Shown here piece after piece: positions 39,744 to 50,047 of a DNA stretch of 64,000 nt; the stretch's first letter is position 1; each line of letters begins with the position of its first letter. Made by a program: the position numbers and the translations under genes. The notes beneath the pieces are model-generated. The model did not search any database. It was not told where the DNA came from and saw only the letters and a program-made list of their open reading frames with translations. Origin of the DNA: Candidatus Hydrothermarchaeota archaeon. GTDB lineage: Archaea; CAYFZR01. The DNA lies in contig JBHIEG010000004.1 of NCBI GenBank assembly GCA_046760505.1, forward strand, positions 23,111-87,110, in the 5' to 3' direction.

Positions 39744-41402
39744 ATGCTTTACTCAGAACTCGCAGACGTATTTGAGAAAGTGGAAGGGACAAGCAAGAGA
39801 CTTGAAAAAATTGAGATAGTTAGCAATCTTTTAAGAAGTTTGGAAGACGATGAAATTCCAATCGTTGTTTTACTTACCCTAGGCAAAATATTCCCTGATG
39901 GTGATCCAAGGGAATTAGGTGTTTCTTCAAGGACGATAAAAAAAGTATTAACCAATCTGGCGGGATTAAAGGGGGAAGATATTGTGAGAGCCCACAAAAA
40001 AACAGGAGATCTGGGCGGGGCTATAGAAATATTACTTGATAAAAAATCCCAGACCACTCTCAGGGAATCTGCCCCTCTTTCTGTGAGAACACTGTACCAA
40101 AAACTCTTGAAGTTGTCGGAGTATAGCGGAGAGGATTCAATGAGAAGGAAGGAGAGATCCCTCTTCGATATATTTGGTAAGTTGTCCCCAAGAGAGGCGA
40201 AGTATGTCGTTAGAACGATCTTGTTTTCTATGTATATAGGGTTTAACGAGGGATTGATGGAAGAGTCAATTTCAAAAGCCTTCAATGTAAAAATAGATCT
40301 AGTCAGGAGATCCAATCAGATAATCTGTGATTTGGGCGAGATCGCCTTAATAGCCAAGCAAGAAGGTAGGGAAGGTTTAGAAAAAATAAAACCAAAGCCA
40401 TTGAAACCTATAAAACCTATGTTGGCAGTAAATGCATCATTAGATGAATTAAAAGGTGAATACGCCTTCGAATACAAGTACGATGGAGCGAGAATCCAGT
40501 TACATAGAAGTTACGACAGGATAAAAATCTTCTCAAGAAGGTTGGAAGATGTAACTCATGCTTTTCCTGAAATTGTCTCGGAAGCATTTGAAAAAATTGA
40601 GGGTAAAGAATACATAATCGAGGGAGAAATTATAGCAGAAAGAATGAAGGAAAAGTTACCTTTCCAAGAACTTCTCCATAGGTTGAGGCGCAAATATGAT
40701 GTAGAAGAGAAACTTAAAGATATTCCAATTACACTCTATGCTTTTGATTTGTTGTACTACAAGAGCCTAAATTATGATTCCCTCTTAAAAAAGCCTTTTT
40801 TCCAAAGAAGAGGATTGTTAGAGAGTATAATCAAAGAATCCGATCATATCAAACTTTCTCATCTAACGATTACGGAGGATATGGATGAAATTAGAAATCT
40901 GTTTGAAAATGCTATAAAGCAAGGATATGAAGGATTGATGGCAAAAAATCTAAAAGCCACCTATTCTCCCGGAATCAGGGGTAAGAAAATGCTAAAAATA
41001 AAAGAGGCTTTGGATACATTAGATTTAGTGATAACCGGAGCGGAGTACGGTGAAGGAAGAAAAAGCAAATATTTAAGCAGGTACTTCATGGCATGCCTCA
41101 ACGATGAACTTATACCTCTTGCAAAAGTATCTTCCGGTTTAACCGATCAAGAACTGGAATACTTGACGAAAAGGCTAAAAGAACTAATCATATCAGAGAA
41201 AGGAAGAATAGTTCAGGTGAGACCAGAAATTGTATTAGAGATAGCGTTCAGTGAAATTCAAAAGAGTAAAAAATATGAATGCGGATACACGTTAAGGTTC
41301 CCAAGAATCAAGAGATTGAGGGAGGATCTCTCGATTTACGATGTTGATACCTTAAAGAGAGTGGAGGAAATCTATAAAATCCAGAGGAGGCGCGCTAAAT
41401 GA
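39744..41402 (+). CDS. lig: ATP-dependent DNA ligase
   Basis: KPMLA, EYKYDGARIQLH, EGLMAK, LRFPRI; start set at ATG 39744. Confidence 0.95.
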   Translation: MLYSELADVFEKVEGTSKRLEKIEIVSNLLRSLEDDEIPIVVLLTLGKIFPDGDPRELGVSSRTIKKVLTNLAGLKGEDIVRAHKKTGDLGGAIEILLDKKSQTTLRESAPLSVRTLYQKLLKLSEYSGEDSMRRKERSLFDIFGKLSPREAKYVVRTILFSMYIGFNEGLMEESISKAFNVKIDLVRRSNQIICDLGEIALIAKQEGREGLEKIKPKPLKPIKPMLAVNASLDELKGEYAFEYKYDGARIQLHRSYDRIKIFSRRLEDVTHAFPEIVSEAFEKIEGKEYIIEGEIIAERMKEKLPFQELLHRLRRKYDVEEKLKDIPITLYAFDLLYYKSLNYDSLLKKPFFQRRGLLESIIKESDHIKLSHLTITEDMDEIRNLFENAIKQGYEGLMAKNLKATYSPGIRGKKMLKIKEALDTLDLVITGAEYGEGRKSKYLSRYFMACLNDELIPLAKVSSGLTDQELEYLTKRLKELIISEKGRIVQVRPEIVLEIAFSEIQKSKKYECGYTLRFPRIKRLREDLSIYDVDTLKRVEEIYKIQRRRAK

Positions 41403-41420
41403 AGTTAAATGCGCCTCCTC
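41384..41420. terminator. GC-rich hairpin between convergent genes
   Basis: GAGGAGGCGC (41384-41393) pairs with GCGCCTCCTC (41411-41420), spanning the lig stop codon. Confidence 0.5.
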
Positions 41421-41433
41421 CCGAGGGGGTGGT

Positions 41434-41592
41434 TTAGGTGTTATGTACGATGTACTTCAAAGTTATAAAGAAAGCAGAAGCGATAATGCCTATGAACAAG
41501 AAAAAGAGCGTATATGCAAATAATTTAGTTCCTATAGAAGCATCTTTGACGATAGGTCTCCCATAGGCATCAACTTCGTAATCGCATTTCAA
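41434..41592 (-). CDS. small single-TM protein (52 aa), not in ORF track
   Basis: TTG start after AGGTGG; MKCDYEVDAYGRPIVKDASIGTKLFAYTLFFLFIGIIASAFFITLKYIVHNT. Confidence 0.6.
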   Translation of the reverse strand: MKCDYEVDAYGRPIVKDASIGTKLFAYTLFFLFIGIIASAFFITLKYIVHNT

Positions 41593-41752
41593 AATAACCA
41601 CCTGTTCTATAGGTTAACAAACACAAATAAACAATTTTCATCTACAAAAATGTATAAAAAGAAGGACACTTATGCAAATTTTTTTTAAACTCTTTGGGGG
41701 TACAAATTTGTTATGAGCGGTAGCAATTGTGTTCAGATTCAATCTAAATAAC

Positions 41753-42790
41753 TCATTCGAAGTCTTTGATGGAAGAGATGATGAGATCTGTAGGATCTTC
41801 CATTGTTCTTTTTACCTCTTTAGAGAGATCCTCAAAATATTTTTTACCCTCTAACAACTCAATCGATTTTTTTACTATTTCATCCGGGTCGAATAATTTA
41901 AAAGCCAATCCCTTCTTTATTATAAAATCATCCGAGACAGGAATGGGCCCAGAATAACAATTTATAACTGGTGTGCCAAGTAAAGCAGCCTCCCTATTCA
42001 TCGTTCCTCCTGCCCCTATCAACAAATTTGAATATGCAAGTAAACTTGGAGCATCGATAGCCCCCTTTGGAACAATAACCTTATTACCAAACTTCTTTTC
42101 TATTACGCTACGCTGATTTGGATATCTGGGCAAAACAACAATTTTTATATCACCCAAATTAATTAATTTATTGATTGTTGGAAATAAAACTGAATTCGAT
42201 AGCATATAGGAAGATTGGGGTTCTGTTCTTACGACAACAATCGCATCTTCACTTTCCAATCCTAAATCTTCAAGCACTTTCGAGCTTGGGGTGAAATTTT
42301 TGAGATAGGCATATTCAAATATTCCGTCGAAGAGCCTAATTCCATTGGGATCTGCTCCGCATGAAATTAATTCCTCCATGTCGGTTACGCTTGGAGCAAT
42401 GATCCTATCGCTAAAGGGCAACCCAAGTTTGCTCTGTGCTTTGGCGTGAATATCGTCTATAAGATATACAACGGGCTTTCCCAGTCCAAATCCTACCTGA
42501 GAGGCAGGGGCAGAATGTCTTGATAGGACAACATCAGGGGGATTCTCTTTAAACATTTTTGCAAGTTCTAGAGTTCTTTCAAGCCGCATTAAAAGTTTTT
42601 CGCCCAATGTATTGCCGCCGTGGGATCCCACAATTATATGGGGCATTTTCACACACTGTAGCAGAGAAGGAGTTTCCTGATAAGTTCTACCTGTGATAAT
42701 TATCTCATGTCCTTCTTTGCTCAGGAACTTCCATATATCCTTGAATAAGAATACGTCAGGGGGACAGATAACATCGATCCATATCTTCAT
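41753..42790 (-). CDS. DUF354 domain protein (GT-B glycosyltransferase-like)
   Basis: MKIWIDV, VGSHGG, VVRTEP, IGAGGTMNREAALLGTP. Confidence 0.85.
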   Translation of the reverse strand: MKIWIDVICPPDVFLFKDIWKFLSKEGHEIIITGRTYQETPSLLQCVKMPHIIVGSHGGNTLGEKLLMRLERTLELAKMFKENPPDVVLSRHSAPASQVGFGLGKPVVYLIDDIHAKAQSKLGLPFSDRIIAPSVTDMEELISCGADPNGIRLFDGIFEYAYLKNFTPSSKVLEDLGLESEDAIVVVRTEPQSSYMLSNSVLFPTINKLINLGDIKIVVLPRYPNQRSVIEKKFGNKVIVPKGAIDAPSLLAYSNLLIGAGGTMNREAALLGTPVINCYSGPIPVSDDFIIKKGLAFKLFDPDEIVKKSIELLEGKKYFEDLSKEVKRTMEDPTDLIISSIKDFE

Positions 42791-42940
42791 AGGATTTACC
42801 TTAGTCGGGATGAATAAAAGATTTTCCCCAGAACCATGGATAAAAACTTGTTCAAAGGAGAACTTTTTTGAAAGGTGAGTATTGAGTTCTAAAACACAGA
42901 GACAATATATTTATCTATAGAGTCGTTCAATATCAAACCT

Positions 42941-44089
42941 ATGGGATTCGCAAAAAGGACAGAGGAGATTTCTCTCTCAGGTATAAGGAAGATGTTCGAA
43001 CTTATTAAAGAGGATACGATAAATCTGGCGCTTGGAGAGCCAGATTTTACAACTCCCAAGCATATATGCGATGCTGCTAAAAATGCATTGAATGCTGGTT
43101 TTACTCACTACACATCAACTTTCGGCATGGAAGAGCTGAGAGAGGCTATTGCAAATAAATTAAAAAAAGATAACAACTTGGATGTGACTTCTGAAAATAT
43201 AATGGTTACCTGCGGAGCGAGTGAGGCTATACTATGCGCAATACTCGCTTTGGTGGAGAAAGGAGACGAAGTAATAATTACGGACCCCGGATTCGTCTCT
43301 TACGATGCATGTGTGAAGATCGCAGAGGGAAAAACCGTTTATCTGCCTGTTTACGAAGAAAACGAATTTTCCATTTCGCTTGAGAGCCTTTCTGAAAAAA
43401 TTACCAAAAGAACTAAGTTACTGATAATAAACTCCCCAAACAATCCAACAGGCTCCGTATTTCCAAAATCAAATCTCAAGGCAATAGCTGACCTAGCAGA
43501 GGATCATGATTTTTTTGTCCTTTCGGATGAGGTTTATGAGAAGATATTGTATGAAGGAGAGCACCACAGCATAGGAAAATGGATACCTGATAGAACAATA
43601 ACAGTAAATGCTTTTTCAAAGACTTATGCCATGACCGGCTGGAGAATAGGATATTTAGCAGCTAGTGAAGAGTTGATGGAGGAGATACTGAAGATACATC
43701 AATATACAAGTGTTTGTGCATCTTCCATTTCACAATTCGCAGCATTGGCAGCATTAAATGGTCCACAGGACTTTGTCTATCAAATGAAAGAAGATTTTCT
43801 CAAGAGAAGGAACTTAATGTTAACTAAAATAAATGAGATAGAGGGCTTTTCTTGTATGAAACCAAAGGGAGCCTTTTATGTCTTTGTGAATGCAAAAGCT
43901 CTGGGAATGCTCTCTACTTCACTCGCTGATTATATATTTGAAGACGCAGGAGTACTAACCGTTCCAGGAATAGCCTTCGGAAAAAATGGAGAAGGGTATT
44001 TAAGAATCTCATACGCTACATCTATGGATAAAATATCCCTAGCTCTAGACCTAATCAAGAAATCTATAGAAAAACTGAGTAAAAAATGA
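42941..44089 (+). CDS. class I/II PLP-dependent aminotransferase (aspartate aminotransferase-like)
   Basis: LGEPDF, NSPNNPTG, SDEVYE, FSKTYAMTGWRIG. Confidence 0.92.
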   Translation: MGFAKRTEEISLSGIRKMFELIKEDTINLALGEPDFTTPKHICDAAKNALNAGFTHYTSTFGMEELREAIANKLKKDNNLDVTSENIMVTCGASEAILCAILALVEKGDEVIITDPGFVSYDACVKIAEGKTVYLPVYEENEFSISLESLSEKITKRTKLLIINSPNNPTGSVFPKSNLKAIADLAEDHDFFVLSDEVYEKILYEGEHHSIGKWIPDRTITVNAFSKTYAMTGWRIGYLAASEELMEEILKIHQYTSVCASSISQFAALAALNGPQDFVYQMKEDFLKRRNLMLTKINEIEGFSCMKPKGAFYVFVNAKALGMLSTSLADYIFEDAGVLTVPGIAFGKNGEGYLRISYATSMDKISLALDLIKKSIEKLSKK

Positions 44090-44098
44090 GGTGGTGGA

Positions 44099-45148
44099 AT
44101 GTTTGAATTACTCAAAAGACTTTCAGAAGCTCCTGGTTTGTCTAGCAGCGAAGATAACGTAAGAAACATAATTTACGAGGAACTGAAGGGGCATGCAGAC
44201 AAGGTAGAGAAAGATAGATTAGGCAACCTGATTTTCACCAAAGAAGGTAAACCCCCTAAGGTTATGCTAGCGGCTCATATGGATGAAATAGGCTTAATGG
44301 TAAAGTTCATAGACGAAAAAGGATTCGTAAGGTTCATAAAGGTAGGTGGCTTCTACGATCCTTCACTTCTGAATCAGAGAGTGGTGATTCATGGAGAGAA
44401 GGATGTTTATGGAGTCATTGGATCTAAACCTCCTCATTTGCTAAAGGAAGAGGAAAAAAAGAAGGAAATAAAGAGTGAAGACATGTTCATAGACGTTGGT
44501 GCCTTAAGCAGGGAAGATTGCAAGAAACTAGGCATAAAGCACGGAGACCCTATTACACTCGAGAGAGAAATGATCAGACTCGCAAATAACCTTGTTACCG
44601 GCAAGGCATTTGATGATAGAGTTGGCTGCGCAATCTTAATAGAGACTTTTAAAGGTTTAGAGACCGATAATTCTGTCTATGCAGTCTTTACTGTGCAGGA
44701 AGAAGTTGGTTTGAAGGGAGCTACCGTATCGAGTTTCAAGATAAATCCAGATGTTGGAATAGCGATAGATGTAACAACTGCTGGCGATTATCCAGGAATG
44801 AAGGAACATGAGTCTCCCATCTACGTAGGAAAGGGTCCCGCTATAAAGATAGCAGATGGAAGAAGAGAGAGCCTAGGAGGAGGTTTGATTTCCCATCCTT
44901 TGGTTAGACAATTGCTCATAGAAACCGCAAAAGCAGAAAACATTCCACATCAGGTCGAAATACTAGAGGGAGGAACCACAGATGCTACGGCAATACATTT
45001 GTCTAGGGAAGGAGTACCATCTGGAGTACTATCCATACCCACGAGGTATATTCACTCTGCGGTAGAGGTCTTGTCACTTGACGACGTTGAAAATTCCGTA
45101 AAGTTACTCAGAGCCTCTTTGAAGCGAATAAATGAATACTTTAAATAA
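44099..45148 (+). CDS. M42 family aminopeptidase (TET)
   Basis: AAHMDEIG, KAFDDRVG, QEEVGLKGA, GGTTDA, RYIHS. Confidence 0.93.
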   Translation: MFELLKRLSEAPGLSSSEDNVRNIIYEELKGHADKVEKDRLGNLIFTKEGKPPKVMLAAHMDEIGLMVKFIDEKGFVRFIKVGGFYDPSLLNQRVVIHGEKDVYGVIGSKPPHLLKEEEKKKEIKSEDMFIDVGALSREDCKKLGIKHGDPITLEREMIRLANNLVTGKAFDDRVGCAILIETFKGLETDNSVYAVFTVQEEVGLKGATVSSFKINPDVGIAIDVTTAGDYPGMKEHESPIYVGKGPAIKIADGRRESLGGGLISHPLVRQLLIETAKAENIPHQVEILEGGTTDATAIHLSREGVPSGVLSIPTRYIHSAVEVLSLDDVENSVKLLRASLKRINEYFK

Positions 45149-45539
45149 AAACTCCAGGAAATCTTTTATGGATGTTCCCAAGTCTATACTAAAGGAAAGG
45201 TGTATGAAGTTATTGAGTATCATAGATCAGAATACAATTCCATATTCAGAATTTGTGAATCTGCTGGAACTGGTTACATTTGACTTAGAGGTAAAAAAAG
45301 AAGTAATCAGGGAGGCACAAGAAAAAGGTATCATAAAAAAAGAAGGGAAACACATAATATTTTGCGTTTCCGAAAAGAGAGAATTTGAACCAAAGATTAT
45401 AAAAAGAGAATTAGAGAATAAGTGTAGAAGATGTGGAAGAAGGATAAAAAACTGCTATTATATAGAATTCTCAGACGGTAGACTGGGTCCATTTGGTTCA
45501 TCGTGTATAAAAAAGTCTGGGCTGTCTACAAAAATATAA
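45132..45539 (+). CDS. DUF5830-like protein with C-terminal Cys motif
   Basis: CRRCGR and GPFGSSCI. Confidence 0.7.
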   Translation: MNTLNKNSRKSFMDVPKSILKERCMKLLSIIDQNTIPYSEFVNLLELVTFDLEVKKEVIREAQEKGIIKKEGKHIIFCVSEKREFEPKIIKRELENKCRRCGRRIKNCYYIEFSDGRLGPFGSSCIKKSGLSTKI

Positions 45540-45556
45540 TAAAATGGAGAGATAAA

Positions 45557-46324
45557 ATGGTAAGCATCTTATCGCCTATTTACAAGGTGTATGAGTGGAA
45601 ACTGATGCAGGAAGTGAGAAATGGGCCAATACCCAATCATGTTGCAATTATAATGGATGGCAACAGGAGATTTGCAAAGAAACTTGGTATGAAGCCATGG
45701 GACGGTCACGAACTAGGTGCAAACAAACTTGAAGAAGTTTTGGATTGGTGTCTCGAACTTGGTATTAAAGTTGTTACGGTATACGGATTTTCCACTGAAA
45801 ATAAGGGGAGATCACATCCTGAGCTGGATCAGTTGATGAAAATAATCGAAAGAAAGTTTAACGAGGTCTGCAATCATAGCAAAATACACAAAAAGAAGGT
45901 AAGAATAAAGGCGATTGGAAGAATTGAAGAACTACCAGAAGGGGTTAAAAAAGCAATCAAGAAAGCCGAGGAAGCGACAAAAGATTATGATAACTATTTC
46001 CTAAATGTAGCGATACTTTATGGGGGTAGAGGGGAGATAGTAGACGCAGTTAAAAAGATATCAAACGCGGTACTCTCTGGAGAATTGGCACCCGAAGATA
46101 TAGATGAGAAAGTCATAAATAAAAACTTATACACGGCAGGACTTCCAGATCCGGACCTAATAATCAGGACGAGTGGAGAAGAAAGAATAAGCGGCTTCCT
46201 CCTCTGGCAGGCAGCATACAGTGAGTTCTACTTTTGCGATACTTACTGGCCTGTTTTTAGGAAGGTCGATTTCCTAAGGGCACTGCGAACCTATCAGCAG
46301 AGGGAAAGGAGATATGGACTTTAA
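45557..46324 (+). CDS. uppS: cis-prenyltransferase (polyprenyl diphosphate synthase)
   Basis: HVAIIMDGNRR, FSTEN, YGGR, DLIIRTSGEERISGFLLWQ. Confidence 0.95.
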   Translation: MVSILSPIYKVYEWKLMQEVRNGPIPNHVAIIMDGNRRFAKKLGMKPWDGHELGANKLEEVLDWCLELGIKVVTVYGFSTENKGRSHPELDQLMKIIERKFNEVCNHSKIHKKKVRIKAIGRIEELPEGVKKAIKKAEEATKDYDNYFLNVAILYGGRGEIVDAVKKISNAVLSGELAPEDIDEKVINKNLYTAGLPDPDLIIRTSGEERISGFLLWQAAYSEFYFCDTYWPVFRKVDFLRALRTYQQRERRYGL

Positions 46325-46339
46325 GGGGAGTAATGAATC

Positions 46340-47383
46340 ATGAGAAAAAACTTTGCTTTGCTCTCTATCTTGATTCTCTCATTGTTCTTCATTAAACCCT
46401 CAACATCTTTAAATGTAACACTAATCTATGTCAAGGGTTGCCCCTCGTGCGAGAGAGCCTACGAGGTTATGGAAGAAACCAAGATTAAAAATGTAACCTA
46501 TAACGTCATCGATTGGTATGAGGTCCCAGATTTGGTGGCAGAATATGGAGAGAAATGCTGCCCCATGTTAATGATTGGCAATAAGGTTATATCTGCCTCT
46601 GAACTTGAAGAAATGTCTAAACAGGAGATAAGGGATACTTTGGTAAGAGAGGTGATGTATCAGAGGATGAATAAAACTAAACCAAAAGATGAGAGTACCA
46701 TAAGGAAATTCGTTTTGAGTCCATACGTAGTATTTTCTACAGGGTTTCTTGCTGGTTTAAGTCCATGTACCTATGCGGTATGGGTCTTTCTTGTTTCCTA
46801 TCTGATAGCATCCGGAAAGAGGAGACTGCAGATGTTTTATCTGTTAACTGCCTTTTGCCTAGGAATATTTGCCCTCTCAATGTCTCAGGGTTTGTTAATA
46901 TTATTTCTATTCCAGTCTCTACCTGAGTATACGGGAATATTAACCTATATTCTGGCTATATTTACCATTTTCCTCGGTCTATGGTATATAAAAGACTATG
47001 CGAACCCAGAAAGTAGATTATTCAGAACTCCTGATAGTGTTAAGAGGTTGGTCAGCAAATTCACGTTGCGTGCAACCCTCTTATCTGTTTTTCTTTTGGG
47101 ATTCATCTTTAGCCTCGTAAAAGCACCATGTATAAGTGGTGTTTACATAGCAATAGTAAATGCAATAGCAAAAGGACACAATGTAGCGCAGGGAGTGCCA
47201 TTGTTGATATTATACAACATTGGTCAAACCATAGATGATTTCTTGCTTGGAATAGGAACGGTTATAAGTTTGAGCCCAAAAGCATTGGATAAATTTAGAG
47301 AAGAGGAAAGGCCCATATTCAGGCTATTTGCGGGCATACTAATGGTAATCCTCGGAATACTCCTGATAACGGGCATTCTTTAG
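46340..47383 (+). CDS. ccdA: thioredoxin-like plus CcdA/DsbD-type cytochrome c biogenesis protein
   Basis: Signal peptide; CPSC; TM domain with SPC and APC cysteines; LYN motif. Confidence 0.78.
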   Translation: MRKNFALLSILILSLFFIKPSTSLNVTLIYVKGCPSCERAYEVMEETKIKNVTYNVIDWYEVPDLVAEYGEKCCPMLMIGNKVISASELEEMSKQEIRDTLVREVMYQRMNKTKPKDESTIRKFVLSPYVVFSTGFLAGLSPCTYAVWVFLVSYLIASGKRRLQMFYLLTAFCLGIFALSMSQGLLILFLFQSLPEYTGILTYILAIFTIFLGLWYIKDYANPESRLFRTPDSVKRLVSKFTLRATLLSVFLLGFIFSLVKAPCISGVYIAIVNAIAKGHNVAQGVPLLILYNIGQTIDDFLLGIGTVISLSPKALDKFREEERPIFRLFAGILMVILGILLITGIL

Positions 47384-47416
47384 TAGATGAAAATTAAAAT
47401 CTCTTATTTCTCGAAA

Positions 47417-47878
47417 TCAGATATATTCTTCTATCCCCTCGAACAACCTCTCGCAGTAGTAACATCTCAACCTAACCGGTGCTGTGGTTTCGACAAAAAA
47501 TTTGGTTTTGATGGGTTCAGGGTCGTTTGTAATGCAGTCAGGATTTGGACACTTCAAGAATGCTTCTATTGTGGGTGGTAGTGCTACCTTTCTTTTTTCC
47601 ACAACTTTGTAATCTCTGATGATGTTTATAGTGGCTTCTGATGAGATCAGGGCAATTTTATTTACCTCGTCTTCAGCAAGCTCTCTCCCTTCCACCTTTA
47701 CTATGTCCTTTGATCCCATCTTTTCGCTTGGAACGTTCATAGCAACCGAGACTGTAGTCTGGAGAGATCTATGGTCCACGCCCAAGATCTTTAAAACAAT
47801 TAGAGCCTTTCCTTTTTGGATATGATCGATTACAGTTCCATTTCTTATTTTTTTAACCTTTAATTCTTCCTCCATCAA
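47417..47878 (-). CDS. pyrI: aspartate carbamoyltransferase regulatory chain
   Basis: GTVIDHI, KDIVKVEG, CPNPDCIT, CYYCE. Confidence 0.96.
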   Translation of the reverse strand: MMEEELKVKKIRNGTVIDHIQKGKALIVLKILGVDHRSLQTTVSVAMNVPSEKMGSKDIVKVEGRELAEDEVNKIALISSEATINIIRDYKVVEKRKVALPPTIEAFLKCPNPDCITNDPEPIKTKFFVETTAPVRLRCYYCERLFEGIEEYI

Positions 47879-48795
47879 AAGTCAACTCCTAAAACAAGAC
47901 AGAGTAAAGCCATTCTTACTATCAACCCGTTAAGGACTTGGTCGAAGTACTTTGCATGTGCTGTACTGTCCAAGGATGGATCTATCTCATCTATTCTTGG
48001 GAGCGGATGCAGGACTATTGCGTCGGTATTTCTTAAAATCTCTGCTGATAACCTGTATGTTCCCTTGACTTTTTCATATTCGCTAGGATCAGCAAATCTT
48101 TCTCTCTGAATTCTCGTCACATATATTACATCAGCATCGACTAATTCCTTTAAATCATGTGTTTGTTTAAGAGATGAATTGTATGACTTTAAATCATTTA
48201 TAACGCTTTCTGGCATCTCCAATCCTTTTGGTGAGATACAGATTATATTTGAATCGTAGTGAGCGAGAGCATAGGCAAGAGAATGAACAGTTCTACCATA
48301 TTTGAGATCTCCTACAAGAGCAATACTCAAACCGTCTATTTTCCCTTTTTCTTTTTTTATTGAATATAAATCTAACAGTGTCTGGGTTGGATGCTGATTT
48401 GCTCCATCTCCTGCATTTATGACAGGTATCTTGGCTACTTCTGCGGCCCATCTTGCCGATCCTTCTTTTGGATGTCTGATTACTATTACGTCCGAGTATT
48501 TCTCAATGGTCTTTATCGTATCCGCGAGTGTTTCGCCCTTCGCTAGGGAAGTAGTTTCCCTTTCCGATATACCAACAACCCTTCCTCCTAGTCTATGCAT
48601 TGCGCTTTCAAAAGAAAAGCGTGTTCTCGTACTTGGTTCAAAGAACAGGCTAGCCAATACCCTTCCCGAGGCAAAATCAAGGTTCTTTTTCGTTTCAATA
48701 ATTTTCTCCATTATTTTGCTTTTATCTAAAATAAGTTCTAGATCTTCTCTTGAAAGATCCCTAATTGAGAGGATATCTCTCCCTAAAAAACTCAT
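47875..48795 (-). CDS. pyrB: aspartate carbamoyltransferase catalytic chain
   Basis: FFEPSTRT, HPTQTLLD, GDLKYGRTVHSL, HPLPR. Confidence 0.97.
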   Translation of the reverse strand: MSFLGRDILSIRDLSREDLELILDKSKIMEKIIETKKNLDFASGRVLASLFFEPSTRTRFSFESAMHRLGGRVVGISERETTSLAKGETLADTIKTIEKYSDVIVIRHPKEGSARWAAEVAKIPVINAGDGANQHPTQTLLDLYSIKKEKGKIDGLSIALVGDLKYGRTVHSLAYALAHYDSNIICISPKGLEMPESVINDLKSYNSSLKQTHDLKELVDADVIYVTRIQRERFADPSEYEKVKGTYRLSAEILRNTDAIVLHPLPRIDEIDPSLDSTAHAKYFDQVLNGLIVRMALLCLVLGVDF

Positions 48796-48844
48796 TTGAG
48801 ACCTCCTTCAGCATTTCTTTTTATAGCCCCTTCGTATAGAATCT

Positions 48845-49105
48845 TCACCATCTCCAGAACAAGAAAAACGCCAACAAGGTAAGTATTAATGCCAGTACAA
48901 GCACAATCTTGGCAGAATCTATATCAGTACCCAATACTATGGGTATTGGTCCGATAAGAATGACTCCTCCACCTTTTACTTCTGATCTCCCCTCTTTTTG
49001 TGCAAAACTACCTTTAGCAATGCTAAATAGGATGCCCGCCGTTATCAGCAAGAAACCTAGGACTAGAAATACTATTCCCAGTCCTATAATGCTAATCCCC
49101 TTCAT
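48845..49105 (-). CDS. DUF131 family membrane protein
   Basis: GGGVILIGPIPIVLGT; start set at ATG 49105 after GGGGGA. Confidence 0.85.
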   Translation of the reverse strand: MKGISIIGLGIVFLVLGFLLITAGILFSIAKGSFAQKEGRSEVKGGGVILIGPIPIVLGTDIDSAKIVLVLALILTLLAFFLFWRW

Positions 49106-49189
49106 CGTATCCCCCCAAAGTATAAATAAATAGGATACATGATCACATCCAAATGCTTTATTCCTATTCATGAATCTTATGGTGTTGAG

Positions 49190-50047
49190 ATGGTTGAGAG
49201 ATTCAAGATTCCATATGAAAAACTCATGGTTATTCCAGTTTTCCTTCTGATATCTTCATTATTGATTGTATATTTCCATGGACTCTCTTTAGGTGTTGAT
49301 CTAAAGGGGGGGACAACTGTCACCATTTTACTTTCTGATAACCCCTCCTCTTATGAGATAGAAAGTCTTTTGGAAACCGAACTGAAAATATCTGATGTTG
49401 TGGTCAGAATAACGCAACCTTGGGGAGAAAAAAATAGATACGCTGAGATTGATTTTCCATTAAGTAAAGAAGAATTAGATATGAAAAGAGTGGAGGAGGT
49501 ACTATCAAGGTATGGCACTATTACCGAGTCGGTATCGTTTGGGGCATCTCTAAGCAGATCGTTCGTTGAGCAAGGGAAGAAGGCCATACTAATTGCTTTC
49601 TTTTTTATGGCCGCGGTTGTTTTCATAACCTTTAGAACCATCGTACCGGCCTTTGCAGTTATTTTAGCCGCTTTCTCAGACATCGTTGTTACGCTTGGAG
49701 TTATGAGTCTTTTGAAAATACCTGTTTCTCTGGCATCAATAGCTGCACTGCTCGTGCTAATAGGCTACTCGGTAGATACTGATATATTGTTAACCACACG
49801 CGTTCTGAAAAGAAAAAAAGGCTCCGTAGAAGATAGAATTTGGTCTGCTATGGAAACAGGGTTGACTACGGGCGGAACAACTATTGCTGTCGTCTTAATA
49901 ATGTACTTGATTGCAAAATTCTTGGCTGTTGAGGTAATCGATCAGATTGCGAGTGTTTTGGTAATAGGTTTATTTATAGACATGATAAATACTTGGATAC
50001 AGAATGCATGGATAATCAAGATTTATGCTGAGCGTGGTAAGAGATGA
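49190..50047 (+). CDS. secF: protein translocase subunit SecF
   Basis: GVDLKGGT, IGYSVDTDILLTTRVL, NTW..NA. Confidence 0.93.
   Translation: MVERFKIPYEKLMVIPVFLLISSLLIVYFHGLSLGVDLKGGTTVTILLSDNPSSYEIESLLETELKISDVVVRITQPWGEKNRYAEIDFPLSKEELDMKRVEEVLSRYGTITESVSFGASLSRSFVEQGKKAILIAFFFMAAVVFITFRTIVPAFAVILAAFSDIVVTLGVMSLLKIPVSLASIAALLVLIGYSVDTDILLTTRVLKRKKGSVEDRIWSAMETGLTTGGTTIAVVLIMYLIAKFLAVEVIDQIASVLVIGLFIDMINTWIQNAWIIKIYAERGKR

Noticed and set aside
39749-40315. 188-aa antisense ORF inside lig (and similar ORFs at 16975..17511 and 55867..56424)
   Set aside because: They lie mostly or wholly opposite well-supported genes and have the Ser/Ile/Phe-rich composition typical of antisense frames.
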